From Octopus sinensis (taxonomy: Eukaryota): a DNA stretch of 64,000 bases. Below are positions 12,821 through 24,984 of this stretch, one piece after another. Position 1 is the first letter of the stretch. Each line of letters opens with the position of its first letter. The stretch lies in assembly GCF_006345805.1 (NCBI RefSeq), contig NC_042999.1:137764001-137828000 (forward strand), written 5' to 3'. A model generated the notes under the pieces. It made no database searches. It was not told where the DNA came from and saw only the letters and a list, made by a program, of their open reading frames with translations. The position numbers were made by a program, and so were the translations under genes.

Positions 12821-12900
12821 TGTATGTATGTATGTATGAATATGCACATACATATAAGTATATGTACATGTGTGTGTGTGTGTTTGTGTATATATACGCA
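12630..12900. repeat. Compound (CA)/(TA)/(TATG) microsatellite
   Basis: Seen directly; it generates the spurious YI/HT-rich ORFs in the track. Confidence 0.95.
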
Positions 12901-13399
12901 TACATACATTATGTGGCCGATATTTTTAACCGAGACCTTACAATCGTATCTGATTCTTTAAGTGCTTCAATTCTGTGTATGTACATGAATTTACTAGATT
13001 GCTGATATGTATTAACAATTTTTGCCCCATTGTGGTGATGTGCCATTTTCTATCATTAATAAAACTGCTGGCATTTTTGACAACAGGGGTATGCTAGTAG
13101 TAATAATAAAACTTTTCAGATAGATTAATTCAACCAGAAGGAGCAATGGCGTGGTGTGGTGGTGTGGCGGTGTTGGCAGCGACGAAGACGACGAAGACGA
13201 CAACGACGACATGATAGCAGTTGAGTAGCGTTTTAGACATGAAAACATTCCTAACAGAATGCAAATTGTTCCATCAATCTTGCCTGAAGTGCAGTTCTTA
13301 TAACTAAGTTCTTCCCTTGAAGTTTTGAGTCCGATCTCTTCTGTTCAACTTAAATTGCAACATTGAACTTACGGTGAGGTAACCACAGCAACGATTTGA

Positions 13400-13790
13400 T
13401 AGGAATATTTACAACCAGCAGAAACCTGATACAATACTCTGGAAAGGGAATTGCTTGTAGCCTATCTCGACGGGAAGCATTTCTATCACATGTTGGAGGC
13501 TTATGTTTTCGCCATTTACACAGATCATAAGTCTCTATAATTCGCTCTGAAGCCCAAATCTGATTGCCTGGCACGAAAAGTAATTTGCCACTTCGAAATC
13601 TTTCAGTATACGACTGACATACCAGGACACTTCAATAATGCAGCAACAGATACACTCATGCATACTCACGAAAACGCACTGCATACTCCTGCCTTCGTCA
13701 ATTTTGACCAGATAGGAGCTGATAAAGAGAATGACGAAGAGTTCTCCTAACTACGAAAGTCGCCACTTTTGACATTCCAGCAAGTGTCAC
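13400..13790 (+). mobile_element. Ty3/Gypsy pol fragment (RNase H and downstream linker), decayed
   Basis: PAET*YNTLERELLVAYLDGKHFYHMLEAYVFAIYTDHKSL matches the Gypsy RNase H pattern YSTFDRELLA...FRHMLEG..F.IYTDHKPL. Confidence 0.78.
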
Positions 13791-13891
13791 ACCATCTTCA
13801 GCTAGATATATTTAGTGAGATGTCTTTACCAGTTAAGAATGCGTCGAGAAACCGGACACGCAAGGGTAATCCCATAAACAAGCCTTATGCC

Positions 13892-13892
<1 letters not shown>

Positions 13893-13959
<67 letters not shown>

Positions 13960-13982
13960 ATATATATATATATATATATCTA
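13893..13982. repeat. (TCTA)n(TA)n microsatellite
   Basis: Seen directly. Confidence 0.95.
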
Positions 13983-14251
13983 TTTTCCCCTTATATATGT
14001 ATATATAAATTACATATACATTTAGCAATACATACATATATGAAAGAATAACAAGTGGGCGGGGGTAAAAAGGGGAAATGAAGAAAAAGAAACAGAAAAT
14101 TAGAGAGAGAAAGGGGAAAATAGATAGAGGTAGAGAAAGTGAAATGATGGCGCTCCAATAAGTGTCTAACGAAAGTTAGATACTTCGTTCAGCTTGCGAT
14201 TCGTACACATACAAAAATGCCCCAATATTCATAAATGAAAAACAACTAGTA

Positions 14252-14299
<48 letters not shown>

Positions 14300-14301
<2 letters not shown>

Positions 14302-15119
14302 CCAGGATGTCCACAGAAAGCCTCACATTCCTCGTTGTGACCGAAAACGCACACCTCTCTTCTTAACAGAACTTAAAAGATCGATTGAGTCGAACCCATC
14401 AAAATCGATGGCGAAGTTGGCTCAACATCGAGGAATCAGTCAAATGACCGTTTCTACGTGAGGAAACATCGTAACATCCTAACTACCCGCTCCAAAGCCA
14501 TTCTACCTTCATCTATGCATAGCAAGAATCCGGTTTCCCTTATGGTCTTTGGAGCTGTTGCAAAGTGATGAGAAATTGATGCCTCCTCATTTTATTGAAG
14601 CGGGTCTTAAAATGAACACAGCAGAGTATCTCAAAATCTTAAAAGTTTTGCTGCATTGGATTAGGAAGCATTATGATGCAAGTCGAGTCATGTTTGTACA
14701 GGACTCTGCACCTGTCCATTCTTCGAAAAGAGTGCAAGAATTTTTGAAGAAGGAATTACCCATCTTTGTCCCTAAAGATATCAGGCCCTCTAGCTTACCA
14801 GATTTGAATCCGTGTGATTGTTGGCTATGGGGCACAACTGAAGCAATACCCAACACAACTGTGTGTCTTCACTAAAGGCTTCGATCAAGCGAGCATTCGG
14901 TAAAATGACGAAAGAAGAAATAGTTAAGGCATGCGCATGATTTCGTAAATGGCTTGAACTGGTAAAGAAAGCAAATGGCGGTTACATTGAACTGAAATAA
15001 GTGCTAGGCACTCCTCAATAAATTGGTATAAGCATAAAATTTGTACTGTTTTATTTTTCTGAGTTATACCAATTATAATAAAAATAATTAAATGGTCCCA
15101 ATTTACCTGTTACACCCTG
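14300..15119 (+). mobile_element. Tc1/mariner superfamily DD37D (maT) transposon, 5'-truncated and internally deleted
   Basis: QDSAPVH...PSSLPDLNPCD has 37 residues between the 2nd and 3rd catalytic D. C-terminus ANGGYIE. Right TIR (rc) CAGGGTGTAACAGG followed by TA at 15120-15121. The left end is lost at a (TA)n run. Confidence 0.9.
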
Positions 15120-15149
15120 TATATGTTTTTGTGTGCGCGCGTGTGTATG

Positions 15150-15183
<34 letters not shown>

Positions 15184-15199
15184 TGTATGTATGTATGAA

Positions 15200-15400
15200 T
15201 GTGTCTGTGTTGTCCCCCGAAACCGTTTGACAACCGGTGCTGGTGTGTTTACGTCTGCGTAACTTAGCAGTTCGGTAAAAGGGCCCGATAGAATAAGTAC
15301 CAGATTTACCAAAAAATAAAAAAAAAAACACTGGGGATCAATTCATTTGACCATTAATTCCCCATGGCCTCAGTCTAATGACTGAAACAAGTAAAAGACA
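15200..15400 (+). mobile_element. Family B SINE 3' fragment
   Basis: GACAACCGGTGCTGGTGTGTTTACGTC...GATAGAATAAGTACCAG...GACTGAAACAAGTAAAAGA. Confidence 0.8.
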
Positions 15401-15413
15401 AGAGAACAAAGTG

Positions 15414-15496
15414 TAAGTGTCTTCTACTATAGCCTCGAACCGACCAAAGCCTTCTGAGTGGATTTGGTAGACGGAAACTGAAAGAAGCCTGTCGTA

Positions 15497-15571
<75 letters not shown>

Positions 15572-15573
15572 TG

Positions 15574-15629
<56 letters not shown>

Positions 15630-15840
15630 TGTATGTTTGTGTGTCTGTGTTTGTCCCCCTAGCATTGCTTGACAACCGATGCTGGTGTGTTTATGTCCCC
15701 GTCACTTAGCGGTTCGGCAAAAGAGACCGATAGAATAAGTACCGGGCTTACAAAGAAAAAGTCCCAGGGTCGAGCTGCTCGATTAAAGGCGGTGCCCCAG
15801 CATGGCCGCAGTTAAATGACTGAAACAAAAGAGTAAAAGA

Positions 15841-15842
<2 letters not shown>
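15414..15842 (+). mobile_element. Family B CORE-SINE lacking its tRNA head, with an expanded internal (TA)/(TG) microsatellite
   Basis: AAGTGTCTTCTACTATAGCC core, GGATTTGGTAGACGGAAACTG and the 3' tail GGCGGTGCCCCAGCATGGCCGC. Confidence 0.88.
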
Positions 15843-15895
<53 letters not shown>

Positions 15896-15984
15896 TAAAC
15901 AGTAAAAATAATTACAGACATGGACAAGAACATGAAACACCACAGAGACGACACAAGAACCACAGGACGGGACATTCGAAGCCC

Positions 15985-16021
<37 letters not shown>

Positions 16022-16504
16022 TATATATACATACATGTATGCGTTCATGCATATATACGTACATAATATGTAACATAACTGCTTCTTTTATAATTTCATT
16101 CGCAATGCCTTATGTTAAATGTATACAAGCGCATGCACTCACGAACACACACACACACACACACACACGAAGACACATGAACACACACACACACACACAT
16201 TTCGGTCTTGGCGTACATACTTTTTTTATGGTGCATACACATACAATTCGTTAGAGCTCTAAATGTGGGCAACTTTTGAAGATAATAACAGGATGATATT
16301 TCGCGCGAAAGTGTCGTAAATTTACGTGCAGGCAAACTCAAGTTGTACGTGTGTGCGTAAAACACTTTTAGTATGAAAACAGAAAGGATGAAGCTGGGTA
16401 GGTGAGCTGGATGACAGGAGTTTACATTACTATTTGCTTTAATGCAAAACACTGAGTTTAGTACACTCGCACGCACTACATACATACATGTATGCATGCA
16501 CGCT

Positions 16505-16631
16505 CGCGCGCGCACACTCGCACACACATACATACACACATACATACATACATACATACATACATACATACATACATACATACATACATACATACATACA
16601 TACATACATACATACATACATACATACATAC
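16505..16631. repeat. (TACA)n microsatellite
   Basis: Seen directly. Confidence 0.95.
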
Positions 16632-17169
16632 GTATTACCCGTCATATGGCGGGTGACTTTGGAAATATATTTTTGCCATTACGGGTAATAACAAGAAATA
16701 TGTGATGTTTATCAATTATAGCTTATCTTTTATCAAATTTCATCGTGCTTACATAAAATGATGAACTGAATACTACTTTTTCAGAAGAAAAATATTTACT
16801 ATCTTTAAATAAAATACAATAAAATAAAAATATCTTTAAATAAAATAAAATAAAATAAATTTTTCATTTGTACGTTTGCAATAAAAAATATGATATTTTT
16901 CTACGTTTTATCAGTACAATCATTATCTACTTCGTCCAACACCTGCCCCTGCAAAATTTCATGTAAAAAAAATGTGTAGTTTTAAGACTCATTCTGCACC
17001 TCTTATGTTAACTTTCTTCGTTTCTCTTTTTACTCTTGTCTTTTTCTATACGATGCGACTGGATAAATTAACCAACCAACGTCCATACATACAATATGGT
17101 TTATCCAGTCATATAAAGGGAAAATATGTAATGACCATTATCCATAATTGTCTGGTGTCCGTGTGTGTG

Positions 17170-17432
17170 TATGTGTGTTCTATCTTTTGCTTGTTTCAGT
17201 CAATAGATTGCAGCTATGCTATGGAACCACCTAAAAGAATTTTTAGTCGAATGAATCGATCGCAGCCTGTTTTTAAAGCCTGGTACAGTCTATCGGCCGG
17301 TTTAGCTGAACCGCTATGTTACGGGGGCGTAAACACACCAATGCCGATTGTCACGCGATGGGTGGGGACAAACACAGACACACACACATATACAGATATA
17401 TATATACATATATATACGACGGGCTTCCAGTC
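17170..17432 (-). mobile_element. Degenerate family B SINE
   Basis: Reverse complement of the SINE body and tail (GCTGAACCGCT..GTTACGGGG..GTAAACAC, GGGGACAAACACAGACAC). Confidence 0.75.
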
Positions 17433-17507
17433 AGTTGAGATGAGAAGCCATGAAAGCCACTGCCTGGTACTTCATCAGGGCAATATTATTGTTGTTGTTG
17501 TTGTTTT

Positions 17508-18398
17508 GGATATTTACCTTTTGACCTACAGATTTAAAAAGTAATTTTTTGTAACTAAACACTTTCAAACTTCGAACACTGGTAGAATGTGTCATATAAA
17601 ACATATTTTACTCTTAGCATTTTTGAGAAAAACTTATATTTACGAAGTAATTTCACGTTAAAGTAGCCCTATTTCGGTAATTTCAACCAATCAATGACGT
17701 GTATTCAGCTGAATAAAATTACTGCTGTCGTTTGTCAACAAGAACTTCTGGTGGTGCATTTTTTGTTTGTCACTGTTATTTATGACAACCCTAACCCTGA
17801 CCCTGAAACCCTAAAACCCTAACCTTAGGGTTAGGGTTAGGGTTAAAGCTAAAACCAGTACAAACGCACGACGATGTCATAAATAACAGTGACAAACGAA
17901 AAATACACCGCCGATAGTTTTGTTGACAAACATCGACAGTAATTTTATTCAGCTGAATACACGTCATTGAATGGTTGAAATTACCGAAATACGAGAACTT
18001 AAACGTGAAATCACTTCGTAAATATAACTTTTTCTCAAAAATGCTAAGAGTAAAACATGTTTTATATGACATTCTACCAGTGTCCGAAGTTTGAAAGTGT
18101 TTAGTTAAAAAAAACATTTTTTTTAATCTGTCGGTCAAAAGGTGGATCTTTTCGCTTTGACCGGCAGATTTTTATGATAATTTCTTTGTAACTAAACACT
18201 TTTAAACTTCGTATACTGGTAGAATGTGTTACATAAAACATCTTTTTCTCTTGGCTTTCTTGAGAAAATTCTGTAGTTTGTAAGTTATTTCTTGTTTAAT
18301 TTCTTGCATTTCGGCAATTTCAACCAATCAATGACATCTATTGAGGTGAATACAATTTCTCCGGATCAAAGCGAAAAGATCCCAAAAGGTAAAGATCC
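17508..18398. mobile_element. Long-TIR foldback DNA transposon (Merlin- or MULE-like) with a telomere-like centre
   Basis: Termini GGATATTTACCTTTTGACC and ...CAAAAGGTAAAGATCC. Exact 8-bp TSD GTTGTTTT (17500-17507 and 18399-18406). Near-perfect ~270-bp inverted arms. Confidence 0.88.
18144..18382. mobile_element. Related MITE nested in the right TIR of the foldback element
   Basis: 17-bp perfect TIR GGATCTTTTCGCTTTGA. Exact 8-bp TSD CAAAAGGT (18136-18143 and 18383-18390). The body is a diverged copy of the outer left arm. Confidence 0.88.
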
Positions 18399-18519
18399 GT
18401 TGTTTTTTTCTTCTTTCTTCAAATTTTCTTCCATTTCTCGCCGAGTGTTTTCCGTACACCTAGGGCAGAGATTCCCAGATTACACACGCAAATTCACAGG
18501 TAAAATATGTATTAAAAAA

Positions 18520-19040
18520 AATTAATAAACAAATAAATTCATGAATGGATGTTGTTTTGACAGCAATAATGCTCTTCTCAGTACATGAGTCGTTCCAGTT
18601 AACACGATTTTTTGTACTTCCTGTGGTGATGGTAAGCCTGGTATCATTTTCAAATAGGTTTCAGTACCTTTTTTTATTTTTTTTATCATTCCTAGAGATC
18701 CTACAATCACTGTTACTGTAGTCGTCTTGAGATTTCTATTAGCAAGTCTTTATATTTACTGATCTTGTCAAATTCTTTCGCCGCTATATTGTGATCGCAA
18801 GGAATACTCATGTAAATTAATAAACACACCTTTTTTGTCTGATCTTTCATAGTAATATCCGGTTTATTAGCTTTTATAGTTTTGTAGGTATGTACGGGAA
18901 AGTCCCAGAGAATCGACACAATTTCTCCCTCAGTCACAGCTTCAGGATGGTGTTTATACCATTTGTCAGCGGTTTTGATTTTATAATGCCGACATATTGT
19001 CCAATGTAAATACTGGCCGACTCTGACATGTCTTGTATTA
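18520..19040 (-). mobile_element. R4/Dong-clade non-LTR retrotransposon, C-terminal fragment (restriction-like endonuclease)
   Basis: HWTICRHY, WYKHHPEAV, ILWDFPVHTYKTIKANKPDI, KEFDKISKYKDL, PMIVGSLG and QKIVLTGTTHVLRRAL. The 5' junction abuts a (TAA)n tract at ~19037-19085. Confidence 0.85.
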
Positions 19041-19055
19041 TTATTATTATTAATA

Positions 19056-19086
<31 letters not shown>

Positions 19087-19111
19087 GGGTGAGAGAGCAG
19101 TATGTATGTGC

Positions 19112-19192
<81 letters not shown>

Positions 19193-19689
19193 GAGAATTC
19201 ACGAAAAAAACAAAAGACGAAGACAGGTGGTGTAGAAAACAAACAGATGTATTAGTATAACGCTCAGGAATTGAAAAAGTCTTTTACGTTATATATATGA
19301 TGGTGTGTACTCTATTGTTTACTGATGAGTGTGGGGGAAGAAGTGGGAGAATAAACAAGAGTGAGAGAGAGGGAGTTTTAAAAAATCGTCTGAATATTCC
19401 AACTGAACTATAAAATCAAAGGAGTTGCTTATCCAACTGTTTCGACCTTAATGTAAATGTGCTTATATACAAGGGAAATAAGTTACTGCATGGTTGTCTT
19501 TATAATTCTTGTTCCAGATAAGCTATCGTCTTGGGTGGCCATCAATCTGTTCACAAGAGATAAATACATTTGAAGAAATATAAAAAGAAAACAATAACAA
19601 ATGTATTTAATAGATGTACGTATGAAAGATCTTCTTGTCTAGTGATATAAGGCTACTTCATTAATCCATCATATTATAATAATAATGGC

Positions 19690-20440
19690 TTTAAATTTTG
19701 GCACAATGCCAGTAAGTTCGGAGGAGGGGTAAATAGATTACACTGAACCCAGTGATCAACTGATATTTATTTTATCGACCTCGAAAGTATCAAAGGCAAA
19801 GTTGACCTCGGCGGAATTTGAAGTCAGAACATGAAGACGGATGCAATACCGCTAAGCATTTTGCCCGACATGCTAATGATTCTACCATCTCGCCAATAAC
19901 GGCTTCTGATTTTGTCAGAAAGGCAGCAGAGTGGAGGAGTGAGGATTAGTCGATACCGTCGACCCTAGTACTTGACTGCTACTTGTTATTTTAGTCTTTT
20001 CTATTCTAGGCACAAGGCCCGAAATTTGGGGGGTGGGGACCAGTTGATTAGATCGACTCCAGTACCCAACTAGTATTTAATTTATTGACCCCGAAAGAAT
20101 GAAAGGCAAAGTCGACCTCGGCGGAATTTGAACTCAGAACATAAAAACAGACGAAATGCCTATTTCTTTACTACCCACAAGGGGCTAAACACAGAGGGGA
20201 CAAACGGATTGAGTCGATTATATCGATCCCAGTGCTTAACTGATACTTATTTAATCGACCCCGCAAGGATGAAAGGCAAAGTCGACCTCGGCGGAATTTG
20301 AACTCAGAACCTAATGGCAGACGAAATACGGCTACGTATTTCGCCCGGTTTGCTAACGTTTCTGCCAGCTCGCCGCCTTGACTTGTTATTTTATTGACAT
20401 CGAAAGGAAGAGAGCGAAGTTGACCTCAACCAGAATTGAA
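19690..20440 (-). mobile_element. Head-to-tail cluster of tRNA-derived SINEs (family A), CpG-intact
   Basis: Repeated CCCCGAAAGGATGAAAGGCAAAGTCGACCTCGGCGGAATTTGAACTCAGAAC (reverse complement of B-box plus central domain). Confidence 0.9.
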
Positions 20441-23400
20441 TGTTACATTCAGAGTTGAAATCCCACCAAGGTCAGCTTTGCATTCCATTCTTTCAGTGTT
20501 GATAAAATCGAAGAAAGTCAAATACAAGGGTCGATGCTGTCAACCAACAGCCTCCAAGTTTCTACCTTCAAACTTATGAATTAACTTATGAATTTGCTTT
20601 CTCATGTCACTATCAGTTTTCTCTGGTTCTAGAGCCTTTCTGAAATCTTTGCCTGTCTATTTATGTATATGTCTTTTTGTCAATACAAAGGGCACGCAAG
20701 CATACACACATATATCTATGTTTGGGAAATGTATGTATGTAGGAAGGAGAATAAATTTGTATGAAGCTCATTATGATTTTTTTCAAGAACATTAACTGTA
20801 TCAGAATTCAAACAGGCATCGAAACCAAGTCGTGGAATCGTCCCGCCTAAAATACTACACTTCTCTATAATGAGGATTACTAAGAAACGCGATGTGACTT
20901 TTGTGCATTTCACAAGAACATTAGTAGCTTACAAAAGTAAAAACCGTAGAGGAAAGTTTCACAAATTTTTGCCTCTTGTTTTTTGTCGTTCACTTGTCCA
21001 ATTTCTCAATTCCTTAAATCAGCATTAGGCCATCGATTTACTTTCATTATTTAATACTTTCGAAAAATAGGCGTGCCTACGAAACCTACGTGGTCGCCCT
21101 TAATAGTTATGGGTAAAAACGAGGGATAAATATAAATGGACGACTAAGTTTTCTTTAAAAAGTACTTCATTAAATAGCTTTTATACAATCTGAAAACATG
21201 TCAGAAACATTTTATCGAAGGTTTGAGGCCAAAAAAAAAAATCGATATCACTCTAACTTTAATTAACTGTAAGCAAATGTGTTCTTACAGCTGTTTTCGT
21301 GCAATAAACAAGCTGACATGAAAATATTAGGAAAAGGCAGTTTAAGTGAGCAAAAAAGTGAAAATAAAGCAAATAAATAACTGGTGATTACTTGATTTTC
21401 TGAAGATATTCTCAACAAACTTCAATTGAAAGTAGAAAAGACTAATGGATTGCTTATTAAGTGTGAAAAATTGGGGGGGGGGGGCACTTTTTGAGATAAA
21501 TTTGATTTGCAAAGAACATGCCTTGTGTTATTTTATTGCACATTGTGTTATTTCCCCCCCCCCTACCGAGATTCAACTCTTTTTATGTTAGTTTTTCAGA
21601 GAAGAGAGACTTTATTGAGTAGCAGTTTCTGTTTGCCTGTTCATGGGTGATTAAAACTTTCCATTTATATTTTTATTCGAAACTAATGTTACTTATCCCA
21701 TAGTTCTTACCACTACGCTGGTGAAAATCGAAATAAAATACGTAAAGCAACAGTCATCAAATGCAAAAGCCAAAGATCTGTTTATTGCTTAAATATCACT
21801 TGCAATATTCACTTTGGAGATAAAACAACATTCAATTTGACGTATAGGTGTCAACACGAGGTATGTACTATGGAAGAGTACATTGTGCTTATCCTAATGT
21901 GAAAGTGTTTGAGTGCAAAAGTTTAATGTTAATTATGATGTCCAATTCCACTTGAAGTTGTATATATTGTGGGCTGAACAGCTCTCGTTCATTTTATTGG
22001 CCTCATGACAATTTTGAAAAGGTTCACTGTGTTAAGATTTACTATCAATCAATTTTCCTTATTTAGAAGTAACAGTCAACAGTTTTAACATCTCAAGAAT
22101 CTTTAATACCTAACCTAACCATACATCTCCACAACTTAACACCATCCAAGTTAATCCTCTTCACCCATACAAACCGTCCAATGGACGAGGGGGGGGGGTT
22201 GCTAATAACTCCTAAACGTCAACAAATTTACTGACCTTTATTTGATATGAAAATGGCATACATACTATGACAATAAACCTCCTGATAAGTGAAGTTCCAT
22301 ACGCTGGTTTCTTCTCTTATAAAGTTAGCCTTACCTCATTAGGTGCTGCATAATGTGTAATAAATGGAAGTTGAGTATAGGTTTGAAGACATTAATGTTT
22401 AGCAGGTATAAGCTTGATGTACTAGAAATCCTGTGTAGTTCACTTATCTAGTATAATATCAACTTCATTTGTAATACAGCAGCCTTCAACAAGTTTTGGT
22501 CTTTCATCACCTTCACCAGAAGGTCCACTGTTTCCAGTATTACCCAGATTGATCCCTCTTAATTATTATTTGACCTGTTTCTATTATGGAGATCTTATAA
22601 CTTCTACAATCAACTTAGAACCCTTTAGTCAAACTTGCATCAATTCACAAATAAATACAGTTGTCTTTCCTACACCTCTAACTGCCAATACACCGATACC
22701 CTATTATTTAGTTGTGGCTCAGTCCCTTTTACTTCTGATCAGACTGACAATCCTGATCTAAGACATTCTAGTCATGACTTTCCTGTCTTTTCTGCCAGGC
22801 ACAATGCACACAAGCCAATATCATCCAATGCACCCTTTTATTCTAAGAAGGTAGTGCGTGATCTGAGGAAAATTTAGCAACAATTTCTAGCAGTGTCATT
22901 CATTAGCTCTTTCTGTTACTTAGTATATGTGTGTGTGCATGGGTGTAGTGATGCAAAAGGCATATTTTTCTTGTTCAAAAAACATTAAAAAAATTTCCTG
23001 AAAATTCTAGCCATCTGCATTTAAAAGAATACATATATTTCAATGTTGACTGAGTGATTTATCAGTATTTGTTACTATGAATACTAATGTGTATACAAAG
23101 TACACATAAATGGTGTAATTGAATCTGCCTGCTATAGTTTTGGGACTGGCTTTATCTGAAGTCAAATAGCGCAGTATTTTTTTCATTTCTGATAAACATG
23201 TTCCTGACGAAACTTTCAACTACCATTAACAAAAACAATGCATTAAAAAAATAGAAAGAAAGGGGAGTGGTTAATATAAGCCCTTAAATGATACTGTTAC
23301 ATTTTTTCCATTTGTACATCTGCATGTTAAAAAATAATTAGGTCGCTGTAGTACCAACCACTGAAGACTGTTTTTATGTGGTGTTTCAAGAGATGAACTG

Positions 23401-23729
23401 GAGTGAGCCCTCACCTACCTTCTGCAATACAGAAATCTAACACAACACTGATTAATTAAAAATTCATTTTACTGTTTTTTTTTCTTTTTTTAACAACCTG
23501 ATGACCTTCACTCCTTAAGAATTGTCTTTGATATTCTTCGTTTCTATAAGGAGTAGTCCACAATATAAGGCGTATTCTATACCCAACACTGGCCAATCCA
23601 TTTTTACCAATGGCCTCTTTTCATCAACTTGGAAAATGTATGAAATTTCTCAAAGTTTCTCCAATACAATAAAGGCTCTTGTAGCCTTGTTTTATGATGT
23701 ACCAGAGATATATTTACCACCACAAGGTC

Positions 23730-24095
23730 CAGTCCTTGTTGCAATGTGGTGGCTTGTGTGCCTCAATGACTGAGAGCTGTGCTAGTGGAATGCAAATTCC
23801 CGATAGGGCCTCCCATGCTGGACAAATCAAAGGTTAGAGGCCATTTTAATATGGACCACCTCTTTCCTGAAGTGAAAATGGGTTTGTGAAAGGACCAAAA
23901 CCCCTTCCTACAAAAAGAAGCTAAGTTACAGAAGCATCAATGACAATGCAAAACCAACAACTCCTGGGAAAGGAAGACCTTCCTTTAAAACATGATTGAA
24001 GCAGGGATCCAACTGGGGAGAAGCAGCTGGGAGTGAAGAGTTGTGGATGACCCATGCTCCATAGAGTGCAAAGGGCTTAAGAAGAAGAAAGAGAA
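23730..24095 (+). mobile_element. Short RTE-derived element (5' UTR-like head joined to the 3' end with an (AAG)n tail)
   Basis: Ends GATGACCCATGCTCCATAGAGTGCAAAGGGCTTAAGAAGAAG, which I recognise as an RTE-type 3' end. Family assignment is from memory, not from a search. Confidence 0.5.
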
Positions 24096-24437
24096 ATATT
24101 TAGTCTTCTCAACGTATGTACAATCAGAATCAATCTTTTAAATGTAAAATATTTTGGAAATCTGTACATTTACTTCATAGTTTTAGTTTTGCCCCTTGTG
24201 TAAGATGTATACCAGTTTTTTTAAATGTAAAATAGCGCAATGTGTACAAGAGTAAATGCAGTATTATTTTCTAGACAACTTCAAATCTTAGCCATGAATA
24301 CTATACAATACTTATGATGTATCATGTCCATTGCAAAATATAGTTTATAATGTACTTATAAACTATTGACTCTTCAGTTGTCAAAAATTGATCTTTTGCT
24401 TATGGATCAAAAATGGGACAAAAAAGGTAAAAAGATT

Positions 24438-24740
24438 CATCATCATCATCATCATTGTTTAACGTCCTCTTTCTATGCTAGCATAGGTTGGATGGTTCGA
24501 CCGGGGTCTGGGAAGCCAGGCTCCAGTCTGATCTGGCAGTGTTTCTACAGCTGGATGCCCTTCCTAATGCCAATCACTTCATGAGTGTAGTGGGTGCTTT
24601 TTACGTGCCACTGACAGAGGGGGCTGGCAAACGCCCACGATCAGTTGGTGCTTTTTACGTGTCAATGACACAGACGCCAGTCAAGCGGCACTAGCATCAG
24701 CCACGTTTAGATGGTGCTTTTTACGTGCCACCGGCACGAG
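24438..24740 (-). mobile_element. RTE 3'-UTR copy with (GAT)n tail
   Basis: Reverse complement of AGGAAGGGCATCCAGCTGTAGAAAC...GCATGGAAA..GGACGTTAAA(GAT)n. The same tail follows RTE ORF remnants at 45.3-46.8 and 55.2-55.7 kb. Confidence 0.85.
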
Positions 24741-24984
24741 TATACAAAACAAATCAAAGGGTAACAAGGAAAAAGGACTCTATTCAAAAACCAGAACTCC
24801 CTTTTTGTGGGTCACAAACTTATTTTAGAAGCTGTAACTTTTTTTAAACCAATGCAAACCATCATTAGTTTTCTCGGATTTCTGGCTTTTTGTATGTGTG
24901 TCTTAGCAAATAAAGTTTGGCACATTGATAACAATAAAATTATTTGCAGTATATAAATTGGAAGTTATTAAATCCAAACACCCA

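Noticed and set aside
12529-16705. Many 60-180 aa ORFs rich in YI, HT, CV and MYVC
   Set aside because: They are translations of (TA)n, (CA)n and (TACA)n microsatellites and SINE bodies, which lack stops in several frames.
16972-17544. Longest ORF in the track (190 aa)
   Set aside because: It runs through an antisense SINE and simple repeats, with no recognisable domain.
17787-17845. Ancient telomere-telomere fusion site
   Set aside because: Wrong orientation (CCCTAA precedes TTAGGG), and the repeats lie inside a TSD-flanked transposon.
22250-23720. Faint endonuclease/RT-like peptides on the minus strand
   Set aside because: Too degraded to assign or delimit; probably ancient LINE debris.
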